Position numbers and translations under genes: made by a program. A model generated the notes under the pieces. It searched no databases and was not told the origin of the DNA. It saw only the letters and a list, made by a program, of their open reading frames with translations. Below are positions 60,131-64,000 of a DNA stretch of 64,000 bases, piece by piece (the first letter of the stretch is position 1; the number at the start of each line of letters is the position of its first letter). Source of the DNA: Heteronotia binoei (lineage: Eukaryota); contig NC_083243.1 of the NCBI RefSeq assembly GCF_032191835.1, positions 118,792,001-118,856,000 on the forward strand, given 5' to 3'.

Positions 60131-62108
60131 GAAAACCATAATTTGAAGGTAGTTTTGCTTAAATGTTACATCTGTAGTGAGCATTGGATAGATGTGCAAA
60201 CAATTAAGTTGCATGTCTTCACAAACCTTCCTAAGAAATTGGTGGACCAATGAAATTGTAGTAGATTATCGTAAAACTTGACAAAAGCAACAGAGCAAGA
60301 GAAAATAGAAAATTCAAGGATGTTGAATTCAAGATTTATGAAAGTAGGATTCAAGCTCTATGTCAGGAACCACATACAATGTGTAAAGCATGTTCAGTAG
60401 GACTACTCTTCTTTGAAAAGCACTGTATCTCAACCTGCTTTGGAAACTTCTCAGTTTTCAAAGTGGTTTGCCATGTCTCTCTGTGTGTGAGAAAATGAGC
60501 TTGTGTGTGTGAGAGAGAGAGAGAGAGAAAATTCAAATCCATAGTTCCTTGGACATGTCCAGCTCAGCCATCATTTCTACTTTATTAAAAGGTCATTGTT
60601 TTAATGACTGCCATCCATGAGGAAGATCATAGATTTCCATCCATCTGTAAAGGTAAATGGCATATGTGTGCAGCCCTAATTCAGACTGGGGCCACACATG
60701 GAGGGGATAAGGGATTTAACCCTTCAGTTCCTGCTTGGTTTTACTAAGTGAAATTAGGCTCTCCATGCTGTTATTGTAAAAGTAAAGAGAAACAAGGTAT
60801 GCCTTTTTTTAAAAAAAAAAACATATTTCCCTTTTATAATGCTAACAGCAACATAGGGAGCTTGGTTCTATCTAGTGAAACCAAGCAGCCTTGAAGGCTT
60901 AAGTCCCCCTTCAAAATCCCCATTCAGACCTGATCCAAGTGGGTATGCACATGCAATTTGCGTTTTACAAATGGAGATCTGTATTCTTTATTATGTCTCT
61001 TTGTCTCCAATAAGTTCAAAATATGATAGCTTTGTCATTTTTACCAGTGCAGGATGGAAACAATCTGTTGGTAAGCATCAAGATGAAAGCTTTATTTGCT
61101 CTGTAATCTAAAACACCTTTGTCATCTTCCACAAATAAAATAGGTTGCAAGAGAGGCAAATATAATACCAAATATATTGGGAGAGGCAAATATAATTGAA
61201 ATCCTACCTTCGTTTCCCAAAGAAGTGTGCATGGTGGACTGTGCCCAAATGGACTGATAAAATTGTACCTAAATATGTTGAATAACCACATGGCATGATT
61301 CCCATCTAGGCTCTGAATTTCTAGTACATAGTGGGTATGGTCAGATGAAGTGTTTGATCTGGTGTTATTGCCATTATCCTGATGATTGAAAAGGCACATT
61401 CAAACAGCATTGCCCATATCCCATTTCCCAGTCATCCCCCCCATGGTCACCCCTGTCTGACTGCAAGTTTTGTGACATCAGAGAAAGTTCAGGGCTTACA
61501 GATATAAGTAGTTTCAACCCAGATTTCTGGATTTCTGAATTCTGTGTTGAAACTCGAGCCATTCAGGAAGTCTGAACCTTCCATTGTATTTTCACTCTTA
61601 ACAAAAAAAAAAAAAAATCAGTGATGTTTGCATCATCAGATCTTTGCACCAGGGTTGTGAAAAACCACTTATGAGTTTCTGCACCACCATATTTTGTTGG
61701 GATTGGGAGCCCCCAGGAAGTTGTCGTTGAGTGACAAATTCAAGAAAAAAAATTCTGTGCTGAGCTGTCAAAAAGGAGTGATGCTTCAAACACACACTTC
61801 TACACATGTGCAAAAACCAAATTTTAAAAGGATGCTGCCCAACTGACTGTTCTGTGGTTTCAGCACAGCAATAATCTAAACAGTCAACCATGGGGTGAGC
61901 ATGTGGTGCAGCAAGTTAAGAGTAGATGTTTGGAAAAAATTCTCTGGCACACACAAAAAAAATTGGATAAAATTAGAAATGTGGCCAAAACTTGCTAAGT
62001 CCATTGTCTGACTACAGCCAATATTTTAGTTGTAGCTCACTTATTAAAGCAGAACATAGTGAATCAAATACAAGCCTGAAAAATGAAAAAGGAGATGAAA
62101 AATACTAT

Positions 62109-62395
62109 GGGTGTTTTCGCACTCACCTTCAGCCGGCGCCGCGACCCTCTTGACGACGGAGGATCTGTGCTGATTTCCCACACGAAGCGCTGGAGCAACC
62201 AGAAGAGCCGCCAATTTCCGGCGCGAAGCCCGCTCAAACGTAAATCGCCAAAAAGCAGGAAAACGCTTGAGCGGGCTTCGCGCCGGAAATTGGCGGCTCT
62301 TCTGGTTGCTCCAGCGCTTCGTGTGGGAAATCAGCACAGATCCTCCGTCGTCAAGAGGGTCGCGGCGCCGGCTGAAGGTGAGTGCGAAAACACCC
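62109..62395. mobile_element. PIF/Harbinger (Tourist-like) MITE, 287 bp, very young
   Basis: 129-bp perfect inverted arms (62109-62237 / 62267-62395), termini GGGTGTTTTCGCAC, 3-bp TSD TAT. Confidence 0.92.
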
Positions 62396-63227
62396 TATGT
62401 CTTGAACAAATGTAACTGAAGGTCAATTCTTTGATTGCTTGTTGTAAAAGAAATGCTATGATCACTGTACAAGTAAATATTTTCTTGTGCATCTACAAGA
62501 GCATGTAAGGGATTAAACATGAAGTGATATTCATCCACCATCACAGTGCTTCTGTATTTGGCTTGCAACAGCTTTATTCCAAACCTAAGGGAACTCATAT
62601 GGCTTCCAGATCATTTATTGGGGTTTATCACTTACTGTGAGCTAAGTATAGGATCAAGAGGCAGCAATGCTGGTGAAAAGTCTAGGAAAAAGTCATTTCC
62701 TTCTTCTGGAAGGGGCTTTTACCCAGCATTTCCAGTTAAAAGAATCAGGTTACAGGCAGTGTGGAAGACCTTTACCTGAGACCCCAGAGAGCCACTGCCA
62801 GTCTGAGTAGACCATACTGATCTTGATGAACCAGTGGTCTGATTCAGTATAAAGCTTCATGAATTCACAAGTGTGCAGGTTATTTTCTTTTTTACATTTT
62901 TTTCCTTCTTCCTATAAAACGACAGCCCTGGCAAACCCTAAGAACCATACTCTCCCAACCCTTCCAGAAAACTGTGTACTTCCAACCTCCAAATCTGCCA
63001 TAGAATCTACTACTCATTGGTAACAAGAAAGATATATGATTGGGGGGTGGAACTGTTAACTTCCTTCACTTTGAGGGGTATGTGCCACGATCCTAGTTGT
63101 TGATGATCAGCCAGACACAGGCAGCCCTGAAGAGGCAAAGCTCACTGAGGAAGGTCCCAGCTTGCAGTTAGTTGAGGATACCTCACCTCCCCCCTCACCT
63201 CCATCATCCATAGATGAAAAAGGGTCT

Positions 63228-63640
63228 GTCATGAGATGCAGGAAAGAAGACAGAGTGCACTATTAGCAGCCCAGGGACATTTGGTTCTAGATAGTAAGGA
63301 GGAGAGCTCGTACACCTGCACCATGCAACCCAGCTGCAAGAGAAGCAACTCTCCTATAAAGGACAGAGAGAGGGAGAGACAGGCTGTGGAAGCAACACTT
63401 CTAATTACTCCTGACTGTGCTTTCAGACCAAGATTCTGACTCCTGAACCTGAGCTCTTGGATTTGCTCCAAAAGCTGATTCTGTCACTGACTCCATGTAT
63501 GACCTAGTGACTGGACTCTGACCATGCTACACCAGATTATGCCTGCACCTTGGCTTGCTTGTGCTTTGGCTGCGTAACTCCACTCTGCATCCTGTCTGCT
63601 CTGGGATACTAGTTCAGAGACTGTATTTTAAACTGGAACT
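63228..63640 (+). mobile_element. Possible LTR-like fragment
   Basis: TGTCATGA start and CCTATAAAGG TATA-like box near 63353; right end and TSD not identified. Confidence 0.25.
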
Positions 63641-64000
63641 GTATACTTGGTAGCTCCTCCATCAGATGGGAGAAAAGGTCATTTGATGGTAAGGTCATTT
63701 GATTCTGTGTCTGCACAAAGATTTAAAGTACCACAGACAAGTTGCAGTACCTTTGCTCATGTAGGGTTGCCAGGTCCCCCCAGGCCACTGGCAGGTGATG
63801 AAGGGGGGGGGGGTAGAGTTGCCAGATCCAGATTAAGAAAGTCCTGGAGATTAGGGGGTGGAGCCTGGGAAGGAGAGGGATCTCAATGGGGTACAACACA
63901 ACAGAGTCTGTACTCCAAAGCATCCATTTTCTCCATGGGAACTGATCTCTGTAGTCTGGCAAGAAGCTATAATTCTGGGAGGTCCTCAGGTCCCACCTGG

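Noticed and set aside
61494-61590. Possible minus-strand exon (SENTMEGSDFLNGSSFNTEFRNPEIWVETTYI)
   Set aside because: Good splice signals, but splicing to the next candidate exon creates a stop and no protein was recognised
62044-62415. Two ORFs with identical peptide on opposite strands
   Set aside because: Artefact of the perfect MITE palindrome

Overview
Vertebrate genomic DNA. The TE repertoire (RTE-BovB, CR1, L2, tRNA-derived SINE, L1/Tx1-like LINEs) points to a squamate reptile, probably a gecko; this is an inference. There are no prokaryotic features. More than half of the window is transposable elements: three near-full-length L1-clade LINEs (two with 17-19 bp TSDs), two chromodomain-bearing Ty3/Gypsy elements of the Tf1/sushi (PEG10/RTL1-related) group, a ~6.7 kb PIF/Harbinger element, several MITEs (two with perfect arms), and BovB/RTE/CR1/L2/SINE fragments. 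No host gene could be named; only low-confidence candidate exons were seen. Main observations: (1) Both Gypsy elements lack a tRNA PBS. Each carries an 11-nt primer-binding segment perfectly complementary to its own predicted LTR transcription start, with different sequences in the two elements, which is the Tf1-type self-priming signature. (2) Gypsy-1 runs from this PBS to the U5 end with no 5' LTR and no TSD, the shape of a captured reverse-transcription intermediate. (3) Gypsy-1 has a PEG10-type G GGA AAC slippery site plus a predicted pseudoknot for -1 gag-pol frameshifting. (4) The Harbinger element seems to carry two convergent Myb/SANT genes besides its transposase. All coordinates were read by eye, and no database searches were run.
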